DNA of 61,002 bases, counting the filler, from Sphacelaria rigidula (taxonomy: Eukaryota), in the NCBI GenBank assembly GCA_964200075.2. It is 5 parts of 5 records of this genome, joined end to end, with 100 filler letters (N's around TTAATTAATTAA, not from the genome) between each part and the next. Parts side by side here need not be neighbours in the genome. Positions count along the whole stretch, not along the records: positions 36,665 to 48,783 come from CAXNAA020004103.1; positions 48,884 to 61,002 come from CAXNAA020004104.1; 3 more parts are not named here. The stretch is one strand, 5' to 3'. Numbering within the stretch: position 1 is the first letter of the stretch; each line of letters opens with the position of its first letter. The notes below the pieces were generated by a model. It was not told the DNA's origin. It ran no database searches and worked only from the letters and a program-made list of their open reading frames with translations. The position numbers were made by a program, and so were the translations under genes. Of this stretch, positions 36,665-50,547 are shown piece after piece.

Positions 36665-37259
36665 CCCGTGGGGTGGGGGGTGGGGGCCCCCCCGCCCGCC
36701 AGGCCCTTGCTCCCCTCGCGCGCGTGGGGGGGGGGGGGGGGGGGACGTGGATCCAATCTTCGATAACTGGGGGAGAGGTGGTTTGATCCCTTGAAACCAC
36801 GGAGTAGTCCTGAGGAGGGGGGGGGGGGGTTGAAAGTGTGACAAAAAAGATAGAAAGAACGACAGCAAAACTCAAGGTACTGTTGATCCCCTGGGGAAAT
36901 GGACTACTTGGTAAAACAGAGAAGGGTGGGGGCGGTGCCTTCGGTATGACCGAAAACAAAAAAGACGTGTTGAGATAGATTGACCGAGCAATCACTCAAA
37001 CCCATGAAACAATAAATCAAGCAAATCATAAGCCGATTGAATCATGACAGCGTGGTACTACCACAGTTGCGGTTCCTTCGAAGGGCGAGTGTCTCTCTGT
37101 GCATGAGAGCCTGTCTCATCCGGACACAAGTTTTTTTTCCAACAAACATGTTTTTTCCATCCCCCGTGATAATGATGGGTGCTCAGGGTACGATTTCTCA
37201 AAATACTCAGAATGTACGAAATACCGTATTCAACACACCCTCGACAATGTCACCGTCAC

Positions 37260-37425
37260 TCGAATCCACTACTCCCCGCCTCTATCATGTACTTACTGAA
37301 ATCGAATCCATAATTCCGCCTGAAATTGTCTACAATGCACTTGCTGAATTCAAATCCATTACGCCGCCTCAACTAACTAGTCTATGATGCACTTTCTGAA
37401 TTCGAATTTATTACTCCGCCTCGAA
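37260..37425. repeat. Degenerate ~50-bp tandem repeat (3-4 units)
   Basis: TCTAYNATGYACTTNCTGAAWTCRAATYYAT..CCGCCT repeated. Confidence 0.7.
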
Positions 37426-40400
37426 CTATGGTAGCCTGCAATGTAATCCAAGTGGGGACACTACCGTGGGTGGGCTCTCACTACTTACTACAAGAGGAAA
37501 ACAAATATCAAAACCAGAACCAAAGCGCTCGAGATGAAATTCAAGACGAAAAGTGTGAACGAGAGACTGACTGTACCAGCTAACCGAAGCTTGGATGTTG
37601 AATTTTAGCGACAATAAGGGCAACAACAAAAAACTACCGGCCGCGGACGGTGGCAGCACACTCCAACAATAGAACACGGAAAATATTTCAGCGGTACAGT
37701 ACAAGAAGAGAAAAATCTGGTAATGCGCGGTTACATCTCTCTCGACAAACCAAGGACGCGAAGAGGGGGGGGGGGCGGAATCAATAACGCTACCACCACC
37801 AGCAATAATAACGCCCAAGTTTTCACGTTCGAAATACCCGAAGCAGTCAATACCCAGAGTCATTTCTGTGACAGGGCACACTTAGATCAAACAAGAAAAT
37901 GATTTGAAGATAATGTCTGAGGGCAGCACTCAAAAAAAGATCAGCCGTGTCTGTCTCACTCGCCAAGATTATGGAATCTCCACTGCAAGGGGCGCTCGAG
38001 TACCACATCAGAAACAATAATCCAAGGGTGTGTTCGGTAGGGTATTTCTCGCATTTGGGTATTTCGAAAGATCGTACTCGACAAAACCCAGATATCGTGT
38101 AGAGTAATGCGATCATACCTCACGTTACCCCAGATTAGGGTGCAATATGGAGTTAAGACAATCGCAACGAAAAATTCTGCAGTAAATACCCTGGTATTTT
38201 TCCTACCCAATACACACCCTGGCTATCATCAACTCGCAGAGGGTTGGTACTGGCACACACACACCGACTCCCCGGAAAATGATCGCGACCCTCCCAGTGA
38301 AGAAAAAACAGGGAGCTCAGGTCGTCTAGCTTATCAACCTCCTCACCTTCACAGTTGCCCCCGCCTTCCGCCTTGAAATCCGGCCGCTGACCCATCATAT
38401 GCCGCGGGAGATTCACTCCCGTCTCCTCCTGACGCATCGCCTCCTTTGCATCATCATCACTGCCGGGCCCTGCCGTGGGGCTCATGGCTCTGAATGGGGA
38501 CCGGGTGGAGGTAGCCTTTCGTCTTCTGGCTCCACGACCCCTGCGATTGCCTGGGATATGTGATGCAGAGACAACGGAGCGTCCCCATTTGCTGCTTGCC
38601 TCATGTCATTTGATATTTGACCACGCATCCCTTTCGAGACGGAGCACTGTTCGTACTCCTCATGGGAACACCTCTGACACTTGGGCGCCCATTACGTTTC
38701 TTCCAAACATATACACAAAAACCCTCCACATATGATACCCCCTTCCTGTTGCACCGTCTGTGGTCATCATCGATCTTCTAGTAAAGCGATCATCTTCTCG
38801 CTACTGTCCAATGAACCAGAGACAAAGGGGGAGGGGGAGGGGGGGGGGGGGGGGAAGGGGGGGAAGGGAGTGGCGGTTTGCGACGTCGGGGTGCGCTTTT
38901 CCTTTTTCAGGAAGGTTTGNNNNNNNNNNGGTCGTTTGCCCATTGACCACGCATCTCTTTCGAGACGGACCACCGTTCCTACTCCTAATAGAGACACCTC
39001 CAACATTTTGGCGCTCATCAAGGGGGTGGGGGATAGAAATGGGGAAAGGGCTATTCGTTATGGAACTGCTCTCATTGCTTCTTGTTTACCAGGTCATCTT
39101 GGGGGTAGCAGAAGTTGTTTCGGCTTTCATGTACGCCGGAATCTCTGCACCCACCTGGTTTTCGGGTTTGAAATTGGGCCTACAGCAGAGAAGGATCCCC
39201 ATTTTTTGCAAGTCAAACAGGCATGGGACAACCTCTAGTCCAAGGTTATTTTGCGGGAGGGGGCGCGACCCCGGCCAAACGGTGCGTAGCTTTGTATAGC
39301 GGGCAGAGGAAAGGGGGAAACGGAAAGAGGGGAGGAGGGGAGGAGGGGCGTACTCATTTGTTGCTCGCTTTAGTCGTTTGCCCGTTGACCACGCATCCCT
39401 TTCGAGACGGAGCATGTAGCATGGGGGGGAAAGAGATAAAAAACACTCGTCGGAAATCCTCGTAGAAATTGATTGTGTGTATGACAAAGGGGAGCTTCAC
39501 AAGTGCTTCGTGTATTTCGTAGATTGGTTGAGAGCAAGTCACCAGGCGTTTTGTATTTTTCTCCGTTAATTCTGCCGCCACCTCCCCACCTCGCCTTCTG
39601 GACAGTATAGTTTACCGACACCCGCGGTAAGGCGGTGCCCGCCTCGCTCAACCCGGGTCATTGGAAGACAATAAAAAAAGGCGGGTATTTTGCGGCTTTT
39701 CATGACGGCCGCCGCGTTCCCGTGGTCCAGCCCATACACCAACAGCGGCCGATCAGAGGAAAAAGGGTATGGGCTAAAGCTGCGACATATTAGTCTTTCG
39801 GGGGCACAATTTAGCTTCCATTGTTGAAAGCGCGACGGCACGAGCAAACAAGACAAAAGTTCGGCATGAACCGGCGGGGTGCGGGAGTGCTGATGACAAG
39901 TCATGATCCAATCCTCAGTTTCACAACCTGTTACGTGAGGCACCGACTGGGGGAGAGATGAGCTCATCTCCGGAAACTACGAACTCGTCCCCAGGAAAGG
40001 GGAAGGTCTTAAAATAACCGAGGAACGGGCGGGTCTTGGCACCCCTCGGGGTGTTGGCACATGTCGGGGCGTTGGCACAGGCGTGCGGAAAAAGATGACC
40101 CCTGCAAGAACCCACATATGGGCATGAGGTCGAGTGCTCCCACATGTGGTTGGCGGGGCACTTTTTGCGCTAGCGTATTGCGGGAGTTTTCCATCGTGAA
40201 CTTCTCTGCTGCATTTGTATACAACACCGTGGCGGTGCACACGTGGAAACGGGGGAAAAATATATTCGTTGATTCGGTGAACGGTATTCTTTTTTTCGCT
40301 GCTCCTGACCACAGGTTGGATTGTTGCAATCAGCTAATATGAGATAATCAATCAACCATTAACCAATCCACTCACCCAAAAGTGAAAACAATACAATATC

Positions 40401-41457
40401 ACAGGCACAGCACCCAGCAATTACTCACCTAGTCTTGTGATGGAAAATGAACACGAGATAGGGAAAAGGAGCAGCAGCCAAGGATAAGGCTGGAAGGCAG
40501 ACTGATACATGACCAGCAGGAAACCACGCTGTCCTTCGTTGGTGACAACGTCAAAGACTCGCGATTTTTCCCTGTTGGCCATGACTCGTTGCACATCAAA
40601 GTGTTCTGCTGTAGCGCCAACCTTCCACCGGTTGGGCACAGAGCTCACGCAGCCAACGTGCGACCAAGTGGCACATAGAGAGTACCGCACGTGTCAAGAA
40701 AATTCCGCATGGAGGATTGCTCTCAAAATACTACACCCTGGACAACAGACAAAATTGTCAAGAAATGTACCGCGTACAGTATCGACTAATTCGTCCATCA
40801 CACTAGAAGACCGATCCTATACTGCACGCAGTACATTTTTTGCTACTATAACCTCTTGTCCACGATTTGCAAAATACCCCATCTCGTAGCTTCTTTTTTT
40901 TTCCTCCCCAGTGTTGCAATCACGGGAGTCATGACACAGGGGCTGTGCGTCAAGTATCAGAACCAAATGATTTGATTCGATTTCGGCAGAGGTACCAGGT
41001 TCATCGCACACACCGGAGCCTCAGCACCCATGTGCGGAAAAAGTCCAAAAGCGACATGATTTGAAAAACGCCTGCACAAGGTTGCCAAGACCGGACGTTA
41101 AACCGTGAAAACAAGACAACGAGAATACAACAAACAAGTGTATTGGGCACCACGTTTAAAATGTATTTTGGTCCGTGCTCTGAAGACCAGTCCGTTCGTT
41201 CACCCAACACTCAAGTCAGGTACATCTTGTCCAACTAGATTATCAGTTCTGTTCTGTCGCCAACGGTTGGGCAGGGAGGGTCATGATGGGATGAACCTCT
41301 TGTCGAAAAACTCCTCAGGGGGTCTCCATGACCACTACGGCATCGAGTTTCGAGTTCAGCAGGCCATGCCCCGTCTTAGACAAATCATTCCTGTTCATGT
41401 TGATTTTTACCATAATTTACCAACTTGTGATTGTTTTCTTTCCACGAGACCACTAAC

Positions 41458-44129
41458 CTGCTCCTGAAGCCCGAGCCGACGCGGCCGAAGCCGACATCGT
41501 CATCGCCGTCACCGTCGCCCCCCCCCCCTTCGAGCAACCACGTTGATCACCGCGGGACGTCATGGAGGGTAGCGTGCAGTGCCTTTTCTTCCTGTCCTCG
41601 AATTGGCGAGATGCAGTGTCGCGAGAAGATTCTTCACGTTCAGTGGGTTCCGTCCTGTCGCGCTTCGTTCCTGAGAGTCTACGAGCACCATTTTCATAGC
41701 TGCCGCCTCCACCGCCCGAGGAATAGTGGCTTCTGTGGTCAAGGGTAGTGCGTTCCGAAGTTCGTCCTAGATGTCGGTCCGTGGACCGCTCTACAGAACG
41801 GCGCTCATCGCTGACACGATCTATGATTTTTTTCGAGGTAGTATTGCGGGAACGGCTGTCACCGTCGTTGTTCTCGCCCCCCCCGGAGGGCTGGCGGCGG
41901 CCGCGGGAGTGGCTGCGACTGCCGCTGCCCGTGATGTGATCATGAGGATGACGTGTGTTGCTTCGCGATCGTGAGGCCGTTTCCACCATTCGATTCGATC
42001 GTTCGCCACGCGGCAACAGAGAGGAAGATGGCAGCGACTGTGACAGAGATGAAGACGGTGATGGTGATCTACACCTCGACCGGGGAGCTGGCCCGGCTTC
42101 TGACTTATGCGCAGCAGCATGCGGGGAGGGAGCACGCGAAGAAGCGGCGGGCAATCTCGTCGGCGACGACGAAGATTGCCGCTGCTGCTGCCGCCGCTGA
42201 GTGAGTCCATCGCCTTTGTATCGCTCGCGACTCTTGCTCCTACTTCTCCGGTGCTGATGACGCTCAACACCCGCATCCTCCTTTCGCCACACCACCGAGC
42301 CACCGCCGGTGTCAGCGCGTCGACGGCGGTAGTCATTGCAATCGTCACGCACACCGATGCCGCCGCCACCACAGCCGCTGCGGGCACCGCCTGCGTTCTC
42401 ACGACTGGCCGTATTTCTCGCTGCTGCTGCTGCTCTCTCTGTCTCTGCCACGCTTCGCCACCGTTCCCCCGACGGCTGGTCGCGGAACCTGTCAACGGAA
42501 CGCGTCCGGCATCGGTCCCCTTTCACGTCGCTTCCTGATTGTCCTTGCATGGAACGGTCACTCGGGCGACGATCGTCCTTGGCGGGCGGCCAGGCGGCAC
42601 CACGACCAACACCCGCAGCAGAAGACGCTGAGGAACGCCGTGGGCAATCATTTTCGCGACGACATTTCGAGGAAGCAGAAGTTGAACGTGTAGACGAAGT
42701 GATCGGACCCGAAAATGAGGATCCTCGATCCCGTGAGGGGCTCCTGCACCTCCCGTTTCTCGTCCGGCTCGAAGATCCACTGGTGGTTACTGCCGGCCTA
42801 GTCGTTACCGTGGGTACCCCGCTCGCTCCCTTGCCCTCGGCGCCGACACTATGGCGATCGTCAGTTCTGGCTCCTGCTCCCGCGCGCCGCCGCCGGGAGC
42901 GTTGGGGCGATCGGGATCCTCGAGGGTAGCGGCTGCGGTCCTTGTCGCCGACTCTTCTTCGTTCGTAGTCACGCGGAAAATCTCTCGACTCCTTCATCAT
43001 CTCGATGTCAAGATTACATCTTCCTCGTGCAGCTGCTTCCGGGGTGCGCTCCAGAGAACGCTTTGGCGGCTGGGGCGACCGGGACGACCGCCGCCGGCGC
43101 CGCTCGATCGACGTGTGATTCGCCACCATCGATCTCGTTGAGATGGACGCTCCGCCCGTCTCGCCATCACGGTTTCTGGACTGGTTGTGGGGAAAGTCTT
43201 CAAAGGTTGAACGGCGACGGCGGTGGGTGGTGGAACGGGTTGGCGCTGGTTTCTCCGTCCTCATCGTGGGAGGTGTTTGCTTTCCCCCGTCTGGACTCAG
43301 CTGATGGTGTCCAAATTTGCTCGTTGCACCATTTTGCTTTTTCGACAAAGACCCCGATGCCACGCTTGCAGCTGTTGCTGCTGCTGACGAAATGGTGGAA
43401 GAGGGAGGAATAATAATCTCACCTTCTTCCAGATCACTTCCATTCTCGTCATCGTCATGAGCATCATTACTCGCTTCATCATCACTATCACCGCCGTCAT
43501 CCAGGGCTCCATGCTCTCCGCCATCGCCTTTTTCTTCGCGCCTATCGCTCTTGGTGTGGACGCCCTCCTCAGATCGTTCTGTAAAAAGCTGTGCTGACGA
43601 AATGGTGGAAGAGGGAGGAATCATAACCTCACCTTCTTCCGGATCACTTTCGTTCCCGCCATCATCATCACGAGCATCGTTGCTCGCCTCATCATCACCA
43701 TCACCGCCGCCATCCCGGGCTCCCCCCTGCTCCCCGTCATCGCGTTTTCCTTTGCGTCCATCGCTCACGGTGTTGACGCCCTCCTCGGGTCGTTCTGTAA
43801 ACTGTTCTTCACCATGTTCTCTGTCATCGCGTTTCCCATTGCGTCTATCGCTCATGATGTTGACGCCCTCCTGAGATCGTTCTGTAAGACGTTCCACTCT
43901 CGCTATGCCATCGTCATCATCACCTGTTATTGCCTTCTTTGCGCCCCGATGTATTATCGTTTTCTCTCCACCACCCTTGCGGCTACGGCTAAAGTCGCAG
44001 GTAGAACCAGAGTCGTTGGGGTCAGGGGAAGCTCGGGCGTCTCTCGGTGCGGGATCACCTCGTGACTCGGATGTGTGGAGAGCGTGCGTCGCTCCTCCGT
44101 TGTCCTCCTCGCCACGCCCCAACCTTGTG
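41458..44129 (-). CDS. Large exon of Ser/Arg/Gly/Asp-rich low-complexity protein
   Basis: 917-codon ORF (41453-44206); ctccacag acceptor at 44130 and gttagt donor at 41457; RS-like stretches and internal repeats. Confidence 0.7.
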
Positions 44130-46945
44130 CTGTGGAGAGATAGATGTAGGCAGATACAATCAGGCACAAGAAAACATGAACTCAACGCCAAGGATAGATG
44201 CGTCACATGCTTTCACGATCGGGTGTCTGTCGTGTACCGTACTGCGTGTTCACCTTGTATCGTATGCTGCGTTTTGCTTGCAGTTTTTGAAACCAAGGAG
44301 GAAATTGTGGGCGATAAAAACAGACACACCCGACGCTGTCGTGGAATGACTGGTTGTCGCACTTCAAGCCTCTTGGTATTGGTAATGGAAAAGTGTGGAT
44401 TTCGAGGTGCCGTTTTTTCAACGGCAGATCGTCGAGTATTCGCAGCTTTCACGCAAAACTATTAGCCCGAGCCGTGTTCTTTAGACCCGTATAAAAATGG
44501 GCCAAGTGCCACACGGGATTCCGTACATGGAAAATAGACAGGTGATGCCGATTGTTGTTTGTATAAGACTTCAGGCACGCAAGTACTGATTTTGGCTGTG
44601 TGCACAATTTTAGACAAACTTGACCCGTTGCGTCCGTCACTAGACAAAACTAATCAGACTACACCGGGGTGAAATTTTGGTGCGCGAATGACGTATGGTG
44701 GGGGATTGTTCTGTCGCCTTCCGCCGTGAAAATGGTTGCCTTCAGTCTTTTGTATCAGAAGACCTGAAGAAATATACGTGAACAATGGTTGGTACTCGAT
44801 TTTATTTGATATCAGGCTGAAGAAAGTTATGAGAAAATTCATGATTCGGGGCAGGTGAGCAGTGGTGAGCAGTAGACCCAGCTCGTCCAGAACGTGTTTT
44901 GGTCCAAAATCGGCTCAAAGGCGTCGATTTGAGCTTTGGCAACCCACAATTTGTTCACGGAACATACTGCAACCCTCTTGACCGAGTATTCTCGCGATGC
45001 GTTGGTCGGGGATAGGGTTACGGTTGGCAGCATCTCCGAAGTACCAACCATTGTTCACGTACATTGCTTCAGGTTCTCTCTTCTGATTTGATCTTTTTTG
45101 TGTCAAGGGCTTCAAATAATGACATGTCTGACCCGGGGACGGAAGGGGAGGGCTGCCAGAGTTCAACTGATTGCCTGGGGATCTGGCTGTGGTCGCATGA
45201 TAGACGTAGCCGAGACAAGAAAAAAACAGAACTCAAGAGAAAGGAAGATAAAAAAAGAAACGACCGGCCTTTGCCACATGGCTTCGGTGAAAATGATCTT
45301 GCTCAGAAAACTCATTCACACCCAGCCGAATAGGGTTGATTATCGAAGCCGAAAATTACTTCGTTGGAGTGAATGTAGCCCTGAATCCTTTGGCAGTGGG
45401 TGTGGTATGTATCTTGAATTGTACGGCTTGATGACGCATAGAGCTCGATATGTGATCAACAGATCAGCTGCCATGTCCAATGACTTAATCAGCTCTTGCG
45501 TATTACATCTTGTATGGCGTCGTGTGAGCAGTCAGTTATACGACGCCAGAGCGCAGTCTTGCCGTCAGTACCCCCGGCTGGAGATGCCAAGGCACAGAAC
45601 ACAAAAATTCGGCACAACGTTTTCACATGGCGATAGATTTTGGTGGTGGAATGTAAAATTCGATTAAATTAAAGGCTTTTACAGTAGGGAATCGGCGCAA
45701 TCCAGCGCCAATGAACTGAGATCATTGTAGTGAATTCTGTGGTTAGAAATGCTTGTGATGGCTCGCAGACTGAAGTCACACCTAGAGTGGACGTACTACA
45801 GAACATGGGCGTACTGTCACGCTGGGACGGACAGAGCAGCAGCAGCAGGAAATCGAATCAGCAAACAGACAAGCAGAGAGCGAGTGGTACAATGCCGCCG
45901 CAGGGGGTCAATGCAACGCTCGTGTCAGCTGATATATGCCTATCTGAGCATGACTGGTTGCGTCTTGCCGTGGCTGCGAGCCCCCGCGCCTGCCAGCAGC
46001 AGCGGCCATGTTGCCGGGTGCAGCCATGAAGTACCCTGGCGGTGCAGTACACCCGCCTTGTGCTGTGGGGTGCTCCTTCACCGGAGCAGGGAGTTTGGCC
46101 CAGCTGGTGGAGTGGTGTATGCCGGTGCTGCTAGTATCTTTACCCAGCCATGTTTTGTACCGCGCAAATTATCGGTCTGGGGAGCGCCTTCTTCATTTTA
46201 AGGAAGACGAAACAACCAACACACCATAAAAATCTCAAGTTGTCAACAGTTGTGTGCCGACCGACACGAATATACAAAACAGCAGCTGACGCAATCCCAG
46301 TACAGAATAACTCAGCTACGGTACATGCGTGTTTGTGCTGCAGTACAGTAAAGCAGGACATGCCCCATGTTTTAGTCTTCCCCTGGTTCCGAACAGGTGC
46401 TAGTTTTTGGCCGCTTGGTGTAGATGATTCAAACCTTGGACACCGAGTCACCTCGGAACAGTTTTACAAGGTAACATTCCAGGGACACTTGGGGGTTGCC
46501 AGGGGGTGGGAGGGTGGTGTTTAACAGGGGGTGGGGGCCTGTTCGCGGAACAGACGAAACGCTCATAAAATCAACCATGTGTATCGGAAGCTCACCACAG
46601 AAAATTTCAAGCCAGTCCTGTGTGAAAAATAAATAAATGAAAAATAGTCTACAAACACTTGCGCACTGTGAATGCCCGAACTTGGCTCGCATACGAAAAT
46701 AATTGCAATTTTGAACAACGTGCTTTCCACTCTGCTCGTGGTCTGTGCCGCCTGCCTGATCCCTCGTGTTGCCATCATAACTTTACACCATCTTTAGTGT
46801 TGTTGGGGAGGCAAAGACATCAGCACGTAGTAAATTTTGTGCAGTGGGGAACGATGACACGCTGACTAGTTCTTGCCGTTGCATTAGAGCTCGGAAGTGG
46901 TTCCAGCTATGACTGGCCATTACCATTATGATGGTGATGCAGTAG

Positions 46946-47380
46946 AGTTCACCACTTGGGATGGTGAGAAATTTCTCAGATAGTTCGACTTGATCATGAA
47001 CTAATGCCGAGATAGCCCCCCCACAAAAAGTGCACCGGCACCATCCAACGAACCGGCTGCGATCCCACTATTGGGCTCGTTTGCAGCAACTGCGCCCACA
47101 TGGGAAGCGTGTAGCAATCCGAAATCAGCCATAACGCCCAAATCAGTCGCGTCGTGCAGCACGAAACTAGCTTTAACGAGCTTACGCAGAACGCGTTTCG
47201 GTCGAAAGCGGCGCCTGGGGCGCCGATTTGAGGTCTGAACGCACCCTTTGCCTGTGTAACACTCTCCACCCCCTTGCCCGGGGGTTCTCGGTGTGCCTTC
47301 GTTAGGGTTAGGGTTAGGGTTATAGTTTGTTCGAAGTTATAAGTTTCTGAGAAATTTCTCACCATCCCAAGTGGTGAACT
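46946..47380. mobile_element. TIR element (35-bp perfect TIR) with internal (TTAGGG)n
   Basis: AGTTCACCACTTGGGATGGTGAGAAATTTCTCAGA and its reverse complement; telomere-like run at 47301-47322. Confidence 0.75.
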
Positions 47381-48704
47381 GACCTCAATAATGGTGATCG
47401 TTATATGAAAATTGTGGAGAATCGTTTCAAACCATCATATATTGTTACCGGCTTTATAAGCCGTTACAGGCTACGTATGCTACATACAACGCTTGAAAAT
47501 CGCCCTATATTTGACGTGTCTTTCGGCTCTCGTGAAGCCAGATTGTGTAGAAGGGTGCAAGGGTCGGACGAATAAATGATTCGTCTTCAAATGACTCGAT
47601 TTTAGTATGATTGATTCGTGACGCACGAATCGATCCCTAGGTTTTGTTTTCAGCGTTGCACCCCAGGTAAGCGCAGCCCAGGCACGTGGAATGGCGCAAA
47701 ATTTGCGTGGAGACCTTTCGGTCCAGCGGTCAACCTTCTCTTTCTCTTCCGAGCAACCAAGCCTGAAAAATCATGGATTTGGTGATTCGAACCGGCGACG
47801 ATTCGTTCGAACCGTGAAAAAGTGCCCCCGGCACGGCACCTCCAGCAGGCCCCCCTCTGCCGGGGTGGCTTTTCGGCTCGCGGCTGCGCTACTCGATGAC
47901 CAAATCATCATGTACCGTTCAACTCGTTAATGAACGCGCTACGCGTAACTGTCCAACTGGTTGATGGTTAGACAAACCATTTCCGATCTCTCTTCTGCAT
48001 ACAATAAACTGCAGGGGCAAAACCGTCGGGGGTTCTCCCGGGCAATTTTCTACATAAATGTACAACATCTACATGAAAATGAAAAAAGGCGTTTTCGTGC
48101 AGCGAAGGAAAAGCGGTTTTGAACCCCAAATGTGATGTTGTCCATCTTGGTCCACCTGCGGGGGGCTGTCCTTGGGGTCAATTTCACTGCAAATTCATCC
48201 TGATGTATGGATCCTGTGGCCAGAATTTGTCACTGCGTGCGATTAGACGAGAGACCAGCGAAGCCCAAACAGAACGGCAATGACGACGGTCCAGAGAAGT
48301 GGGAGGCGGGGGATGAACCCCCCCGATGAGGGGTGTCGTTGTCATGTGGTTCTTGTCTTGATACACCTGGTATGCTTGTACGTACGGCTGTCCCTCGAGA
48401 GGCCGCAAGGTGGAACGCTGCGATTCCTAGTTCTTTAGTTCTTTCGTTGGCGGTATTTGGGGCCTTTAGCCTCGCCCGTAGTCGGACCCTGTGTTCATTT
48501 CTACTTGTCGCGCGTCGAGTTGAAAAACCGAGTGCCACCCCCTGAAGCCCGAATGGCCACCTGTGGCACCGGATCTTCTGATGTTAGCCATATGTACTCC
48601 TTATCTTCTTTATTATTTATTCCTGTTTAGCTTGTATCGCGTTTTGTGAGTTTTAATCTGGATCTGTTTTGTTTTTCTTGGTTTTTTGCTAGCCCATGAC
48701 CACG

Positions 48705-48783
48705 GAAGGCGTCCGCATCAGATGCCCAGTCCGAATGTACCGCGCAGATATCGGAGCGGTTTTTAATGTGAAGACAACAACAA
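48705..48783 (+). mobile_element. 3' end of non-LTR retroposon with (CAA)n tail
   Basis: Reverse match to 24975-25065; contig breaks within the tail. Confidence 0.6.
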
Positions 48784-48883
48784 NNNNNNNNNNNNNNNNN
48801 NNNNNNNNNNNNNNNNNNNNNNNNNNNTTAATTAATTAANNNNNNNNNNNNNNNNNNNNNNNNNNNNNNNNNNNNNNNNNNNN
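48784..48883. other. Artificial contig linker
   Basis: N44-TTAATTAATTAA-N44. Confidence 0.97.
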
Positions 48884-48907
48884 CTTTTCTCCTCCTCTCC
48901 TCCTCCT

Positions 48908-48947
<40 letters not shown>

Positions 48948-49026
48948 CCCCCCCAATCCGTCGTCTCAACCATTTTATCAGATGTTATTGACACAGAAAT
49001 ACATACAACACGAGAAATCTGTTTTA

Positions 49027-49769
49027 GGCAGGATGTTATGGCACACAGATTTTTGGCCCACCGATTGTTCACTTTTGGGACGTTTGACCCACTTCTTGAC
49101 ACCCGAACAGGGAAAATCGCCAACACACGTCTCGGACACTTTGCATCACCCCACAGAGAGGAGTCTAGCCCACTTTTCAGATTCGCTTGGTTTCAAGGTT
49201 TCGAGAATGGCCGAGCAATGACACGGTAGGGGTACACTCTTTTCGCGAAACATTGTCTAGTTCAGGGGTCCCTAACGATTCTAGATGTACAATAATATGA
49301 GTCAGGGCATCCCCGTTTGCAAATTCATTCGAGATATCCCCAGCAACGGAGTAGTAATCCTGGCGTACTTTTACATATTTTCATAAGTCGTGTTTTTTGC
49401 ATGAGATCGAGGGCTTCTAACAATTCTAACTTCGGAAAATATTTGTGCACCCCTACCGTAGCATCACTCGGCCGCTGAACAACGATCCGTGTGCAATAAA
49501 ATCTACCGCGATCTCCACAGATTATTGGGCAAACTGCCGCATGTTGGCAAGTGCAGATCATTGCACACGAAATATTGTTCAGCGGCCAATCTCGAAACCT
49601 CGGAGCCAAGCAAATCTGAAAAGCAGGCTAGGCTTCTCTCTGTGGTGTGATGCAAAGTGTCCGAGACGTGTGTTGGCGATTTTTTCTGTTTGGTGATCAA
49701 AAGGTGGGTCAAACGTCCTAAAAGTGAACAACCCGTGGGCCAAAAATCTGCTCGCCATAATATCCGGCC
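49027..49769. mobile_element. PIF/Harbinger-type MITE (~190-bp TIRs)
   Basis: TTA|GGC...GCC|TTA. Confidence 0.85.
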
Positions 49770-50255
49770 TTAGTGCCAGCACCAGCACATCACTGAAGTT
49801 CTTCCTCGTCTGCAATATCGCCATGTTCCACGGGGCTGTCGGGTCTACTTGAAAGCGGTGAGCGCTATACGTAACGGTCTGGGTCTCGTTCGTTTTTCGC
49901 TGTAGGGTCTAATTGAAGGCGGTGGGCGCTATAATACGTAACGGTCAACCCTTTTACCGCCATCTGCATCCCGCTCATTTTTCGAGTGAAGATATTGTCG
50001 ATTCAACGCAAAACCCAGCCTGGCGGTGAATGTTGAGGACGAACTCGAACGAAGCTACAGGCCTGATACACAAAAAGTTGTCGGTAAGTGAAATCCAATA
50101 CGCTGACTTTGCTGTGAATCTACTGCACTCACTGCTGTCTTGTAAAGGTTCTAGTTTCTACGGAACGTTCCGGCCTAATAACGTCTCCACTCTTTGCCCA
50201 GATCCTTCGGGGTCTAATTGAGGACGTTTGATGACGGTATCCCCACAAAATCGAT

Positions 50256-50547
50256 GTTTTCGTGAGATTGAGAGAGAGTAGAGGATACGATTGAGAGTGA
50301 CAGGCGGTCAATTAGTTCATGAATCGTTTCAGTTCCGAAATGTCCCTCCAGGAGGCCCGATATGATTTATGTAGTGCATTGCCACTGAGGTCCCTGATAT
50401 CCCCGAGTAGGATATCTACATGTAGCTGTAAGCACACGCCAGTGATGGAGGCAAAGAAAAGCACACGCGGTATAAAAAATTGGCTAAGTCCAAGCGAATG
50501 GTCAAAGCCACTCTCAATCAGCGCTCTACTCTCAATCTCATGAAAGC
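50256..50547. mobile_element. MITE (GAGATTGAGAGTAGAG subterminal motif)
   Basis: Has its own TIRs; inverted copy at 53539-53796. Confidence 0.7.

Noticed and set aside
41748..44465. Plus-strand and alternative-frame ORFs over the Ser/Arg-rich exon
   Set aside because: Shadow frames of GC-rich low-complexity coding sequence
48905..48955. Poly-C tract (and poly-G at 36725-36745 and 38827-38870) as functional G-quadruplex
   Set aside because: Homopolymers at contig or gap edges; lengths are unreliable and there is no supporting context
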